DNA of 64,000 nucleotides, taken from assembly GCA_023898405.1 (NCBI GenBank), contig CP060221.1, positions 2,434,172 through 2,498,171 of the forward strand. The letters are read 5' to 3'. This document shows positions 9,575 to 20,503 of this stretch, in pieces. Each line of letters opens with the position of its first letter. Position 1 is the first letter of the stretch. The notes under the pieces were generated by a model that ran no database searches, was not told where the DNA came from, and worked only from the letters and a program-made list of their open reading frames with translations. This DNA is from Myxococcales bacterium. GTDB lineage: Bacteria > Myxococcota > UBA727 > JABDBI01. Position numbers and translations under genes: made by a program.

Positions 9575-10495
9575 TTAAAATAAATTTTCAGAAGCATTGA
9601 TCAGAGAAAATCCATCTACGTCGTTTCCGTGAATCTTTACTCCCCAATGGAGATGTGGCCCATTTACTCTTCCTGTTGCGCCGGACTCGCCGATGATGGT
9701 GTCTTTATCGACCATCATGCCCTCTAAAACAATGGGTTTAGAGAGGTGGCAATAAAGGGTGAAAACTCCAAGACCATGGTCAATAATGATGGTGTTTCCT
9801 CCGAAGAAAAGCTCTCCCACAAACACTACCTTTCCGGTGTTGGCAGGTCTTATCTGTGTGCCAATGCGAGCTCTAAAATCTGTTCCTAAGTGTTGCGTTT
9901 TCTTAAGCTTATTAAATATTCTTTGTGTGCCAAAAATACTGGTAATTTTTGAATTTAAGGGGGCGATAAAGGCTTGGTTAAAGAAAGGGGTAGTACTGGA
10001 GTTGGCAAAAATTTTGCTTAAAAATTCATTTTCTTTTTGAACTTGTTGCATATCTTCATTTGATAATACAACTCGTTTTTTATCCACGTTGAGAGTTTCT
10101 TTGGGGTATTCAAAATCCTCAACGATAATTTTTTCTAGATTCTGTGCATAGGAATTTTCAAATTGAAAGACACAATGAAAATTTTTATCTGAAGAAAAAT
10201 ATGATTGAGACAAAAATGCAAAGGCTTCCAAATTTTTTTTGTCAACCACAAAGGGAATTTCTATCTTATCGCAGATGAGTTTTTCATTTTTAAAGGGGCC
10301 GTAGTAAGGAAATTTTATATATGAAGCCTGGCCTGGTGAAATTTTATAAGTGTTTTTTGAGGCTCTTATAGCTTCTATTTGTTTATTAACCCGGTCTTTC
10401 AGTTGAAAATAGGGAATACCGGTGCTTATGCATCCAAAGATAATCAGTGATAGCGGAACAATAGACCAAAAGAGATAATTTTTTTTTCTACTCAT
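9575..10495 (-). CDS. M23-family metallopeptidase
   Basis: HLGTDF (HxxxD), HLHWG (HxH), GNTIIIDHG, GATGRVNGPH. N-terminal TM segment. Confidence 0.92.
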   Translation of the reverse strand: MSRKKNYLFWSIVPLSLIIFGCISTGIPYFQLKDRVNKQIEAIRASKNTYKISPGQASYIKFPYYGPFKNEKLICDKIEIPFVVDKKNLEAFAFLSQSYFSSDKNFHCVFQFENSYAQNLEKIIVEDFEYPKETLNVDKKRVVLSNEDMQQVQKENEFLSKIFANSSTTPFFNQAFIAPLNSKITSIFGTQRIFNKLKKTQHLGTDFRARIGTQIRPANTGKVVFVGELFFGGNTIIIDHGLGVFTLYCHLSKPIVLEGMMVDKDTIIGESGATGRVNGPHLHWGVKIHGNDVDGFSLINASENLF

Positions 10496-10599
10496 GCTCA
10501 GTCCGTAATAAATTTGAAATAACAGTTTGAGCTCTAACAACAATGAAAATAAATTCTACCTAGGTTAAATTATTTGCACATAATATGGCTAGGCATGAA

Positions 10600-10803
10600 T
10601 TAAAGAACGAAGTAAGCCCATGCAAAGATTCCCACAACAAAGATATTTGCTAATAGCCATAGTGAAATGAAGATGCGCCTTGGCAAGCTTTGCCATATGG
10701 TAGATTGAAATTGCCGCAAACATGAAAGATAAGCATGCTTACACCTATCATTTTTGAAGTGTTGTGAATTTCTAAACGCATCATTTTCTTGACTTATATT
10801 CAT
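10600..10803 (-). CDS. Small hypothetical membrane protein
   Basis: 67-aa ORF with a C-terminal hydrophobic helix. Confidence 0.35.
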   Translation of the reverse strand: MNISQENDAFRNSQHFKNDRCKHAYLSCLRQFQSTIWQSLPRRIFISLWLLANIFVVGIFAWAYFVL

Positions 10804-10985
10804 GTTTCATAATTATACAGATTTCCTAGACCTGAAAAGAGGGTCTAAGTTCACTCTCTTACGAAAGAGAAAAAAATCATATGCTAGGAATCATAGCAAT
10901 CTTCTTTGTGTTTTAGAGCGCAGCGCTCTGAAGCGATGGTGGATGTTTTTAAGTTTTCACGGATACATATAAAAGGAAAATATAT

Positions 10986-12197
10986 ATGAAACTATGTTTT
11001 GCGGTTATCCTCTTAGTCTTATCTTTTAACTTAAAGGCTATATCACCAAAAAATAATATCACGGCAGGATTTTTTCACAGCATGTTTATAAGTGAAAATG
11101 ATGATCTTTTAGTTTGTGGAAACAACAATAAATGTCAACTGGGTTTGAAAGATAGAACTCCTAGGCCAATATTTGAGAAAATTAATAATGCGCCTAAAAT
11201 AATTGCCCTTAGTGCGGGATGTGGTCACAGTTTATTTATAGATGAAAATTATGATGTTTGGGTTTGTGGAGGTAACGAGTATGGCCAGCTGGGATTAGGA
11301 GATACTATAGATAGAAAGATACTAAAGAAAAATGATAATTTGTCAGGAATAGTTGGTGTTTATGCAGGAAATTTTTACAGTCTATTTCTAGACCAAAGTG
11401 GTCAAGTGTGGGCTTGTGGAAATAACCATTCTGGCCAGCTTGGCTTAGGTGATACTAGAAATAGATGTGCACCAGAAAAAATTAATGTGCCTAAAATAAT
11501 TGCTCTTAGTGCGGGATGTGGTCACAGTTTATTTATAGATGAAAATTATGATGTTTGGGCTTGTGGATATAACTACTATGGCGAGCTAGGATTAGGTGAT
11601 ATTATAGATAGATGGACGCCAGAAAAAATTAATAATTTGTCTGAAATAACTACTGTTTGTGCTGGGAGCTATCACAGTCTGTTTGCAAATCAAAATGGTG
11701 AAGTTTTTGTTTGTGGAAATAACTATCATGGCCAACTGGGACTGGGAAATACCGCAGGTAGACAGACACCAGAAAAAATTAATATGCCTAAAATAATCGC
11801 CATGAGTGCGGGATATGAACACACTTTGTTTATAGATGAAAATTATAAGGCTTGGGCTTGTGGAAATAACTATTATGGCCAGCTAGGGTTAAGGGGAACT
11901 GCAAGTAGGCAAACACCAGAAAAAATTAATAATTTGTCAGAAATAAGTAATGCCTGTGCGGGAAGTTTTCAAAGTCTATTTGTAGACAGGAGTGGAAAAA
12001 TTTTGGTCTGCGGATCTAATGCTTATGGGCAACTAGGTCTAGGTAATCGTTGCTATAAACAAGGCTTAGAAGAAATTGAAAATATTAGGAGCAGCTCGAT
12101 AGGTAAAAAATATGGCAAAAAACCTTTAGATTTATACCAATCCCAAAAATTAACCGAGTCTTTAATTTCTGAGTACACGCAGCAAAGCGATAACTAA
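10986..12197 (+). CDS. Secreted RCC1/BLIP-II repeat beta-propeller protein
   Basis: Signal peptide. About seven repeats of AG.xHSLF.D...V..CG.N.YGQLGLG. Confidence 0.93.
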   Translation: MKLCFAVILLVLSFNLKAISPKNNITAGFFHSMFISENDDLLVCGNNNKCQLGLKDRTPRPIFEKINNAPKIIALSAGCGHSLFIDENYDVWVCGGNEYGQLGLGDTIDRKILKKNDNLSGIVGVYAGNFYSLFLDQSGQVWACGNNHSGQLGLGDTRNRCAPEKINVPKIIALSAGCGHSLFIDENYDVWACGYNYYGELGLGDIIDRWTPEKINNLSEITTVCAGSYHSLFANQNGEVFVCGNNYHGQLGLGNTAGRQTPEKINMPKIIAMSAGYEHTLFIDENYKAWACGNNYYGQLGLRGTASRQTPEKINNLSEISNACAGSFQSLFVDRSGKILVCGSNAYGQLGLGNRCYKQGLEEIENIRSSSIGKKYGKKPLDLYQSQKLTESLISEYTQQSDN

Positions 12198-12334
12198 CTG
12201 AAAATAGTAGCTTCTTAAAAATAGAAAAATTACCGGTGTCGACATTTTAGATTGATACTGGCAATTTGCTTCTTATCCACAGCTTGTTTATCTGCAAAGT
12301 CAGATACTAATGAATAAATTATAACGAGAAAAAA

Positions 12335-12580
12335 ATGGTAGTTTGCAAAAAATTAGCGAGAGAACTCAAAGGCTTAGAACAAGCCCCTCTAGAAGGGCCC
12401 CTCGGGCAGTTGATCAAAGAACATATTAGTGAAGAAGCGTGGCTCGATTGGGTTGAAGCCGAAATGAAAATCATCAATGAAGAGCGTTTAGATCTAAGTG
12501 AAGAGAGATCTCAAATGCGCTTGTTTGAAGAAATGATTGGATTTTTGAACCTTCAAGATGTTATCGCAAGTCCTGAATAA
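12335..12580 (+). CDS. yggX: Fe(II)-trafficking / oxidative damage protection protein YggX-like
   Basis: VVCKKL...GL...P..GPLGQ.I.EHISEEAW.DW...KIINE.RLDL pattern. Confidence 0.8.
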   Translation: MVVCKKLARELKGLEQAPLEGPLGQLIKEHISEEAWLDWVEAEMKIINEERLDLSEERSQMRLFEEMIGFLNLQDVIASPE

Positions 12581-12611
12581 AGTTTGATTATCTACAAGCA
12601 ATTGAGAAATT

Positions 12612-14372
12612 ATGAGCGAAATATTTGGCAATATAAAAGATCTCAAGCAGCACCAGCTTAAAGCTGTACAATCACTCAAAGATACACATGCAGGAAGTGT
12701 AGATATTCTTACTCTACAGCTTGCACGTAAGCTTGCCAAAGCGGCCTTCTTAACCCGCCGTATGGTAGCTGTTTTTTTGGATCGCAAAGGTGAAGTGCGT
12801 TCGGTGATGGTGGGCGATGTTACTCGACTCTATTTGCCAAATATAGGCCGCTTACGAGGTACTGAAGATCGTTTGCGTGGACTGCGGTTAATCGTTGCCA
12901 GACCTACACCGCCACATTTTATGATTTCGAGTGGTGGTGAAAAAAAATATTGTTTGACGAGCGACTTCAAAACAGACTTGGAAAAATTGCGCCTTGATGC
13001 CGTGGTAGAGATTGATGCAAGTCGCGATAATATAGATGGTCCCTTGATCGTAGCCCATTTAGCAACACAGCGTTCAAACGAAGCTAATGTTATCACTGTC
13101 AAAGAAGAGTCGTTTCGTTCTATTCATCAGCTCGATATAAATTTTTCGCACTTGATAGATGAGATAGTCAAAGATCTTGCCCTATCAGGCTTGATAAAAA
13201 GTTCAGGGGAAACTCAAAAATATTTAGAAAAAGCTTTGCTTATCGGTGTTTATAACTGCAGCAAAAAAGAAGGCTTGAGCTCAATGGTAGAGCTTAAGGA
13301 ATTGGCTCGCTCTGCTCGTGTTCAAGTAGTGGAAAGCGTGTACCAGTTTAGGGCTCGTTTTTATCCGAAAACTTTTATTGGTACGGGTAAGCTTGAAGAA
13401 ATTTGTTTAAGAGCTTTGGCTTTAGGGGTTGAGATGTTGATATTCGACCACGATCTTTCACCATCGCAGTTGAATAATATTACTGATCTCACCGACCTGA
13501 AAATCCTTGATCGCAGCATGCTTATTCTTGACATATTTGCTCAACGCGCCGTTACCAGAGAAGGTAAACTGCAGGTTGAAATGGCGCAGTTGAGCTATTC
13601 GTTGCCACGATTAGCTAAAAAGCAAAGTGGATTATCCCGCCTTACCGGGGGAATTGGTGGGCGCGGTCCAGGGGAAACCAAGCTTGAGGTTGATAAGCGG
13701 CGAGTAAAGGATCGCTTAGCGAAGCTAAGTACAGAGCTTGAGCGCATTAAAAAACAGCGAGCTTTGCGTAGGCAGTCGCGCAAAAATCATGAGCTTCCTA
13801 CTTTTGCTATTGTTGGCTACACCAATGCTGGAAAATCCACGTTGCTTAACGCACTATGCAATGCCGAGATATACGCAAAAGATGAATTATTTGCCACTCT
13901 CGACCCATATTCGCGGCGCCTGCGTTTTCCTCATGAGCAAGAAGTGGTGGTGACCGATACTGTTGGTTTTATTAACCATTTGCCGGAAAGTTTGATGAAA
14001 GCCTTTATGGCAACGCTCGAAGAATTAGAAGATGCAGATATTCTTTTGCATGTGGTGGATTGTTCTGATGAAAATTATCAACTCCAAATTTCTGTAGTTG
14101 AGAAGGTTTTGCTAGAACTAAACTTAAAAGACAAAAAACGCATTCTCATTTTTAATAAGATAGACAAATTAGATGAACTCACTCTTGGGAAACGTATTGG
14201 AATTAAAGACGTTATAAAAATTTCTGCTACAGACAGAAGTGGGCTTTCTGATTTGATTGATGCATGTCTTAACTCTCTGGTTTTTATCAAAAAAATGAGC
14301 GCAAGAGAGGGTAAAAAGTCTCTTGGGGAGCCTAGTATAAATGTGGAATTCGATGGACGCTTCAAGGGGTGA
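12612..14372 (+). CDS. hflX: GTPase HflX with N-terminal extension
   Basis: ILDIFAQRA.TREGKLQVE.AQL.Y.LPRL, GPGETKLEVD.R, GYTNAGKST, LFATLD, DTVGF, NKID. Confidence 0.97.
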   Translation: MSEIFGNIKDLKQHQLKAVQSLKDTHAGSVDILTLQLARKLAKAAFLTRRMVAVFLDRKGEVRSVMVGDVTRLYLPNIGRLRGTEDRLRGLRLIVARPTPPHFMISSGGEKKYCLTSDFKTDLEKLRLDAVVEIDASRDNIDGPLIVAHLATQRSNEANVITVKEESFRSIHQLDINFSHLIDEIVKDLALSGLIKSSGETQKYLEKALLIGVYNCSKKEGLSSMVELKELARSARVQVVESVYQFRARFYPKTFIGTGKLEEICLRALALGVEMLIFDHDLSPSQLNNITDLTDLKILDRSMLILDIFAQRAVTREGKLQVEMAQLSYSLPRLAKKQSGLSRLTGGIGGRGPGETKLEVDKRRVKDRLAKLSTELERIKKQRALRRQSRKNHELPTFAIVGYTNAGKSTLLNALCNAEIYAKDELFATLDPYSRRLRFPHEQEVVVTDTVGFINHLPESLMKAFMATLEELEDADILLHVVDCSDENYQLQISVVEKVLLELNLKDKKRILIFNKIDKLDELTLGKRIGIKDVIKISATDRSGLSDLIDACLNSLVFIKKMSAREGKKSLGEPSINVEFDGRFKG

Positions 14373-14577
14373 ACCGCGCTTTACAAGCTAATTTTAGCTT
14401 GTTATAGCTTTAGTTGTTTGGTACCGGCTAGAGTACGTCTTTGCGCACAACAGCTTAATCTTTCGATATTTTCACAAGCGCTAAGTTGCCTTTGCATTAT
14501 TTGCCTTGGTACCGGTTTGAGAGCTTATTGCTTTTGGACTTGGTGGTTTGGAATTTATCGAAAATTTGGTAGGTTAA

Positions 14578-15117
14578 ATGGAAAATTTTGTTGTTAGACT
14601 AAGCTTGGATGAAGAAGAGCTTAAAAATATTATAGAGCCATTGCTCGATAGTGAAGGTTTTGAACTTATACGTTTGACTTTGAAACGTTCACAGGCAAAA
14701 TCGTTGCTTGCTCTTTTTGTTGATACTAAAGCTCAGAAGAACGGCATTATTTTAGAGAATCTTGAGTTTATCTCTCGTTTTTTGTCTGATGTGCTTGATG
14801 CCAAAGATGAAGCAAAAACTATTTTAAATAGTCGCTATGATCTTGAAGTATCTACTCCTGGAGTTGATAGACCATTAACCAAAGCTCGCCATTTTAGTGA
14901 GGCTGTTGGAGAGCGTGTGAAAATCCGCCTGCATTCTGCTGAACGGCATGGGACACGAGGATTGTTAGGAAATCTTCAAGAGGCTTTAGAAGGTTTTATT
15001 GTTTTGAAAGTTGAAGGAAAAAATGAGCTTCTTAAGATTTCTTTCGAAGAAATAGCTGAAGCCCATATAGTTTTTGATTTTACGAATATGAGTAAGCCCA
15101 AAAAGAAGCTCAATTAA
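14578..15117 (+). CDS. rimP: Ribosome maturation factor RimP
   Basis: YDLEVSTPGVDRPL motif. First gene of the nusA-infB operon. Confidence 0.95.
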   Translation: MENFVVRLSLDEEELKNIIEPLLDSEGFELIRLTLKRSQAKSLLALFVDTKAQKNGIILENLEFISRFLSDVLDAKDEAKTILNSRYDLEVSTPGVDRPLTKARHFSEAVGERVKIRLHSAERHGTRGLLGNLQEALEGFIVLKVEGKNELLKISFEEIAEAHIVFDFTNMSKPKKKLN

Positions 15118-15135
15118 CCAATTTGGGAGAAGAGA

Positions 15136-16698
15136 ATGAAGCTGGAACAATTAGATTTAGGTGCAGTGCTCGAGCAAGTTGGTCGAGAAAAAAATATTGG
15201 TAAAGAGGTTCTCGTTTCTGCGCTTGAAGATGCTATGCTGAGCGCCGCTCGCAAAAAGCTTGGTTTGGATGCTGACCTTGAAGCTCGCTATAACGAAGAA
15301 ATCGGCGAGGTCGAAGTTTATGAATTTCTGCGTATCATAAAAGATGGCGAAGTAAAAAAGTCTGGGGAAATTTTTTTCAAAGATGCAAAAAAACTGGATC
15401 CTGATCTAACTGAGGAAGCTCTTGGTGAAGATCTTGGTGTGAAACTTGAGTCTAGTGAGTTCGGTCGAATAGCTGCTCAGAATGCCAAACAGATCATTGT
15501 TCAAAGAGTGCGTGAAGCAGAACGAATGATGGTTTATAACGAGTATAAAGATCGTAAGGGTGAGATTGCTACAGGTACCGTGAGGCGTTTTGAACGTGGT
15601 GATGTGATCGTTGATTTGGGTAGAGCAGAAGCCATATTGCCGACCTCAGAACAGATTTCTAAAGAGAATATTCGTATTCACGATCGTATTGTTGCGTACG
15701 TTGTGGATGTGCTTGAGGTAGCAAGAGGAGCGCAGATTATTCTTTCTCGGACACATCCAAATCTGGTAGTGAAATTGTTTGAACAAGAAGTACCCGAAAT
15801 TGCCGAGGGAATCGTCAGCATAGAGAGCGCTGCACGAGAAGCAGGGTTTAGAACCAAAATCTCTGTCCGATCCAAAGATCAGGATGTTGATCCTGTTGGA
15901 GCGTGTGTCGGGATGAAGGGAGCTCGGGTCCAGGCGGTTGTGCAAGAGTTGCGTGGAGAAAAGATCGATATTGTTCCTTACGACTTGGACGAAGCTCGTT
16001 TTGTTTGTAATGCGCTTGCTCCAGCTGAGGCAACTCGTGTTTTGATCAATGAAGAAGAACGCAGTATGCAAATTGTTGTTCCTGATGAACAATTGTCATT
16101 GGCGATTGGACGAAGAGGGCAAAATGTGCGCTTGGCTTCACAGTTGACAGGGTGGAAAATTGACATTCAGGCTGAGTCGAAGGCGGCTGCTGAAAAAGAA
16201 GAGGCCTGGGTATCACTTTCCCAAATTAAATCGTTATCTGAGCTTCAATTCCAAACCTTGTTTAACTATGGAATTAAGAGCGTCACAGATTTTTTGGAAA
16301 CTGATAACGATACCTTAGAAACAATTCCTGGGTTTGAAGAATCTGACTTTGTTGCCTTAAAAGCGGAAGCTGAAAATGTGAAAAAGTCAGAAGAAGAACG
16401 AAAAGTTGAGCAGGGAAAATTAGTACGTATTTTTGCTAAGGTTTTGTTGGTTATTGATGAAGTTTGTAGCAAACTTGCCGAGGAAGATCGTCAGTCTGAA
16501 TTAGCTCTCGACAGCCTAGGGATAGAATCAAAAGAAAAATTGGAAGCTGTAGGTTTTAGCGATCTAGTAGATGTCTTCCTGTGCAAAGATGCGCAAGGCT
16601 TGGCTAAAAGTGCTGATCTTGATTTAGATACTGCAAAGGTGATTTTTGAAGTGGCTAAGAAGAAATTGGCTGCTCTTGATTCCCGCATTAGCTGCTAA
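15136..16698 (+). CDS. nusA: Transcription termination/antitermination factor NusA
   Basis: FGRIAAQNAKQ, S1 and KH domains, DPVGACVGMKG.RVQ, LSLAIGRRGQNVRLASQLTGWKIDI. Confidence 0.98.
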   Translation: MKLEQLDLGAVLEQVGREKNIGKEVLVSALEDAMLSAARKKLGLDADLEARYNEEIGEVEVYEFLRIIKDGEVKKSGEIFFKDAKKLDPDLTEEALGEDLGVKLESSEFGRIAAQNAKQIIVQRVREAERMMVYNEYKDRKGEIATGTVRRFERGDVIVDLGRAEAILPTSEQISKENIRIHDRIVAYVVDVLEVARGAQIILSRTHPNLVVKLFEQEVPEIAEGIVSIESAAREAGFRTKISVRSKDQDVDPVGACVGMKGARVQAVVQELRGEKIDIVPYDLDEARFVCNALAPAEATRVLINEEERSMQIVVPDEQLSLAIGRRGQNVRLASQLTGWKIDIQAESKAAAEKEEAWVSLSQIKSLSELQFQTLFNYGIKSVTDFLETDNDTLETIPGFEESDFVALKAEAENVKKSEEERKVEQGKLVRIFAKVLLVIDEVCSKLAEEDRQSELALDSLGIESKEKLEAVGFSDLVDVFLCKDAQGLAKSADLDLDTAKVIFEVAKKKLAALDSRISC

Positions 16699-16709
16699 GT
16701 GAAAATCGT

Positions 16710-17285
16710 ATGGAAAGTGTTCGCAGTTGTTTAGTGTGTAGGAAAAAGGCGAGCAGGCAGAGCTTGCTGAGATTCGTGCGCGCTCTTGATGGGGAGATTG
16801 CTTTTGATGAAAAAGCAATAGCGCCTTCACGTGGCGCTTGGATTTGTGCCACCAGACTGTGTTTAACAAAAGCTTTTGATAAGAGGTTGTTATTTCGGAA
16901 AGAAAAAGTTTTACCGATAAACTCTAAAGAAATTTTAGAGCAGGTGACGAAACGATTAAAACTAAGCTTGTTGGGAAATCTGGGTATGTTAAGGCGTTTT
17001 GGCCACTGTGAAGTCGGTCGAGATGCTGTGAAAAGTTCGATGCTTTCTCAGAATATGGCTATGGTTTTATACGCTTCTGATTTTTCTCAGCGTTCATTGA
17101 AGGAAATTCAAGAAAACTCTAGAAGGTTTGATTGGCAGGTGCCAATTGTGAAGGTACCTGTTTCAATGGACGAGTTAGGAAATTGTTTAGGGCGTGAGAA
17201 AACGGGTGTTGTAGCCCTGAATAAAAGTCGTATAACGGAAGAAATTTTGATGAAATTGAATAAGTTGGCGTCTGTGAGCCAATAA
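16710..17285 (+). CDS. YlxR (DUF448) - L7Ae/YlxQ-like fusion protein
   Basis: N-terminal RSCLVCR...LLRFV...RGAWIC (YlxR). C-terminal LGxL..GRDAV...ASD.S...LG..LGR...GVVAL (L7Ae). Lies between nusA and infB. Confidence 0.85.
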   Translation: MESVRSCLVCRKKASRQSLLRFVRALDGEIAFDEKAIAPSRGAWICATRLCLTKAFDKRLLFRKEKVLPINSKEILEQVTKRLKLSLLGNLGMLRRFGHCEVGRDAVKSSMLSQNMAMVLYASDFSQRSLKEIQENSRRFDWQVPIVKVPVSMDELGNCLGREKTGVVALNKSRITEEILMKLNKLASVSQ

Positions 17286-17383
17286 GGAAACGGACAATAT
17301 GCTGTATCGCAAAACTGCGAGTTTTGTTGAGTTGTTTATTTTCATCGACAAAGCGCTGACGAGCAGTGGTAAGGGGATGTTGA

Positions 17384-20134
17384 ATGGGTAAATTACGAGT
17401 GCATGAATTGGCAAAAAAATTAAATATGTCCAACCAGGAAGTTATTGCCAAGCTCATTGCCAATGGTGTCGAAGTTCGTACCCATTCAAGCAGTGTCGAT
17501 GAGCAGAAGGCATACAAAGCTTTGGGACTATCACCTAGTGGAGACGCAGTAGCTGTGACAAGTAGGCCAAGAACCGTATTAAGAAGACGTAGAGATCAAG
17601 CTGAAGAAAACCTGCCGGAGGAGCTTAATGCTTCGCCAGCTTCATCTCCCGTCGATGAATTGAAGACGGCTGCTGAAGAAAAGAAAAACTTAGCAGTAGT
17701 AGAAAATTCTGAAGAAAGTGAACCTGTTGAAAAACAGATCGAGTTACAACCTACTACATCCGCAAGCGAAAAAGAGGTTGTTAGTAAACCAACGCTTGAT
17801 AAGGAAGAAAAAGTGGCCCCAGCGCAAAAAGAAGCACGATTCGATGCTGGTTTCCGTCCTGAAGTTGTGAAAACTGACAAACCCTCCAATGCAACCAGTG
17901 CAACAAAGGAAACTCCTCCGAGTAATGTTGTGCGTGTAATCGATGCGGATGCTATTAAGGCACGACTCGCCTCAGAAGGTCGCTCTTTTCAGCGACGGGG
18001 GTATAGCGGAGGAGCTCACGCACGATCCGGAGGTAGTCCTCGTTCAGGAGCTGCCGGTGCTGGTAGAAATTTTGGCGGCGCGACAGAACGTGAGCCTTAT
18101 GTCCCGCAAGCAGTTTCTCCTCAACCTCCGGCGGGGCCTGACGCATCACAAAAACCCGGAGGCAGGCCTTCTAAAAAGAAAAAGGGGTCAACCAACTATT
18201 CGCGTGAAATGAGAGATACGTCCTCTGGCGGCAGAGAATTATGGCTTGCCCCTGGACGTAAGAAAAAATCATCAGCTTTAAAAACTCAGGGCAAAGCAAC
18301 TACTCTTACTCAGGCTGCTGCTCATAAACGCGTTATTGAAATGACCGATGCGATTACGGTTCATGATCTTGCTCATGCAATGGCGATCAAGGCTGGTCAG
18401 GTTGTAAGTAAACTTCTTTCCATGGGAATGATGGTTACTATCAATGAGGCGATCGATTTCGATACAGCATCCATTGTTGCCAGCGAATTTGGTTTCGAAA
18501 TCAAAAACGTAGCCTTTGAAGAGGCGAACCTGATTAAAGAGAGTGAGGATTCGCCCGAAAACCTATTGCCACGAGCACCGATTGTAACGGTTATGGGGCA
18601 CGTCGATCACGGAAAAACAAGTGTGCTCGATGCATTGAGACAGACTTCCGTTGTTAAGGGCGAAGCAGGGGGAATTACCCAGCACATAGGTGCTTATTCT
18701 GTTGAGACTGAACACGGTGCTGTAACGTTTTTGGATACTCCTGGACATGAAGCTTTTACTTCTATGAGAGCCCGCGGAGCTGAAGTTACCGACATTGTGG
18801 TGCTTGTTGTTGCAGCAGACGACGGAGTGATGCCTCAAACAAGGGAAGCTATTGATCACGCCAAAGCCGCTAAAGTGCCAGTTGTGGTTGCCATTAATAA
18901 AATGGATCTACCAGATGCTAAACCTGAGCGGGTTATGCAACAGTTATCAGAACTTGGTCTTCAACCAGAAGAGTGGGGCGGTGATACCCAGTTTTTTAAA
19001 GTATCAGCTCTAAAGAAAACAGGTTTGGATGATCTGATTGCTGGTTTGGCCGCTTTAGCTGAAGTATTGGAATTAAAAGCAAATCCAAATAAGCCAGCAT
19101 CCGGATGCGTAGTAGAAGCAAAACTCGATAAAGGTCGAGGTCCTGTGGCAACAATTCTGACTCAGTCAGGCACCCTAAAACAAGGTGATTATGTTGTAGC
19201 TGGTGAATGCATGGGACGTGTGCGTGCTATGTATGACTCCAATGGTATGTTGCTTAAAGAAGCTGGTCCATCGATTCCTGTGCAGGTGTTGGGGCTTTCG
19301 AGTGTGCCAACCGCAGGTGATCAGGTGAATGCTGTTTTAGATGATAAGACTGCAAAAACCATTGCTAATCATCGTGCTCAGAAAAACAGAGAGAAGGAAT
19401 TGCTTAAAACTAAAAACTTTTCTTTGGAAAACTTTTTGGCACAGGCTCCGGGAGAAGAAGCTAAGACTTTGCGCTTGATTGTAAAAGCCGACGTATACGG
19501 TTCAGCAGAGGCTTTGACCGCTTCCCTAGAAAATTTATCAACCAAAGAAGTTAAAGTAGAAATTGTTCACTCTGGTGTTGGCACGATTACGGAAAGTAAT
19601 GTGAATTTGGCGATGGCATCGCAAGCCATTATTATCGGTTTCAATATTAAGGCCGATGGAAAAGCCCAGGCCTTGGCCGCTCAAGAGAAAATAGATGTTC
19701 GCTATTATTCTGTTATCTATGAAGCAATCGATGATGTTAGAAAAGCAATGGCCGGATTACTAGCTCCTGTAGTTGAAGAACGCTATTTGGGTAAAGCCGA
19801 AGTGAGAATGATTATTTCTGTATCCAAACATGGCAAGATTGCCGGAAGCTATGTGCTTGATGGCAAGATTGTTCGCTCTGCAAAAATACGTCTCAAACGT
19901 AAGAATGATGAGCTTTTTGTTGGCAGCATTGCTGGTCTTAAGCGCTTTAAAGATGATGTCAAAGAAGTTGGTTCAGGCTATGAGTGCGGAATTGTTTTGG
20001 ATGGTTTCAGTGACTTCCAAGAAGGCGATATCTTGGAATGCTTTGAGCTTAAGGAAGTTGAAGCAAAATTATCGGAATCTATTTCAGCTTCCGAAGGAAA
20101 GAATAAAGATGTTGAGAATAGCCACTCAGCATAG
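17384..20134 (+). CDS. infB: Translation initiation factor IF-2
   Basis: [10 protein letters not shown]-terminus, [41 protein letters not shown]. Confidence 0.99.
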   Translation: MGKLRVHELAKKLNMSNQEVIAKLIANGVEVRTHSSSVDEQKAYKALGLSPSGDAVAVTSRPRTVLRRRRDQAEENLPEELNASPASSPVDELKTAAEEKKNLAVVENSEESEPVEKQIELQPTTSASEKEVVSKPTLDKEEKVAPAQKEARFDAGFRPEVVKTDKPSNATSATKETPPSNVVRVIDADAIKARLASEGRSFQRRGYSGGAHARSGGSPRSGAAGAGRNFGGATEREPYVPQAVSPQPPAGPDASQKPGGRPSKKKKGSTNYSREMRDTSSGGRELWLAPGRKKKSSALKTQGKATTLTQAAAHKRVIEMTDAITVHDLAHAMAIKAGQVVSKLLSMGMMVTINEAIDFDTASIVASEFGFEIKNVAFEEANLIKESEDSPENLLPRAPIVTVMGHVDHGKTSVLDALRQTSVVKGEAGGITQHIGAYSVETEHGAVTFLDTPGHEAFTSMRARGAEVTDIVVLVVAADDGVMPQTREAIDHAKAAKVPVVVAINKMDLPDAKPERVMQQLSELGLQPEEWGGDTQFFKVSALKKTGLDDLIAGLAALAEVLELKANPNKPASGCVVEAKLDKGRGPVATILTQSGTLKQGDYVVAGECMGRVRAMYDSNGMLLKEAGPSIPVQVLGLSSVPTAGDQVNAVLDDKTAKTIANHRAQKNREKELLKTKNFSLENFLAQAPGEEAKTLRLIVKADVYGSAEALTASLENLSTKEVKVEIVHSGVGTITESNVNLAMASQAIIIGFNIKADGKAQALAAQEKIDVRYYSVIYEAIDDVRKAMAGLLAPVVEERYLGKAEVRMIISVSKHGKIAGSYVLDGKIVRSAKIRLKRKNDELFVGSIAGLKRFKDDVKEVGSGYECGIVLDGFSDFQEGDILECFELKEVEAKLSESISASEGKNKDVENSHSA

Positions 20135-20145
20135 TTTGGGGAGTA

Positions 20146-20481
20146 ATGATGCCGACGTTTAGAAAAGAAAGAATGGGTGAAGCCATTAGGAAAGTTGTGT
20201 GTGAAAAAATGTCACGGCATCATTCGCTTATTCCATCTTGCGTGCTTACCATCAACCGAGTTGAGGTAACACCAGATTATGGTTTGGCCAAAATTTTCTA
20301 TTCAGTGTTTGGTAATATTGATGAAAACGGTGCGCAGCAGGTAATGAAAACTCATCGCTCTGAATTTCGTCATGAAGTTTCTCAAAAGCTGAATCTAAGA
20401 AAGACGCCCAAGATTGAATTTTTCTTTGATAAAAATACCGAGCATGCCTTTAAAATTGATGGTTTGCTAAAAAAAAGCTGA
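20146..20481 (+). CDS. rbfA: Ribosome-binding factor A
   Basis: VEVTPD...AKIFYS and LNLRKTPKIEFFFD motifs. Directly follows infB. Confidence 0.92.
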   Translation: MMPTFRKERMGEAIRKVVCEKMSRHHSLIPSCVLTINRVEVTPDYGLAKIFYSVFGNIDENGAQQVMKTHRSEFRHEVSQKLNLRKTPKIEFFFDKNTEHAFKIDGLLKKS

Positions 20482-20503
20482 AGCTCCCTTTATAGAGGGT
20501 GAA

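Noticed and set aside
11150-12050. Regularly spaced DNA repeats that could be mistaken for a CRISPR array
   Set aside because: They are in-frame RCC1 coding repeats with no unique spacers, and no cas genes are in the window.
12612-13200. Long HflX N-terminal extension as a new domain
   Set aside because: Extended HflX proteins of this kind are known in cyanobacteria and Deltaproteobacteria.
16710-17285. YlxR-L7Ae fusion as a novelty
   Set aside because: The two genes are normally adjacent in this operon and I recall fusions in Deltaproteobacteria, so it is expected.
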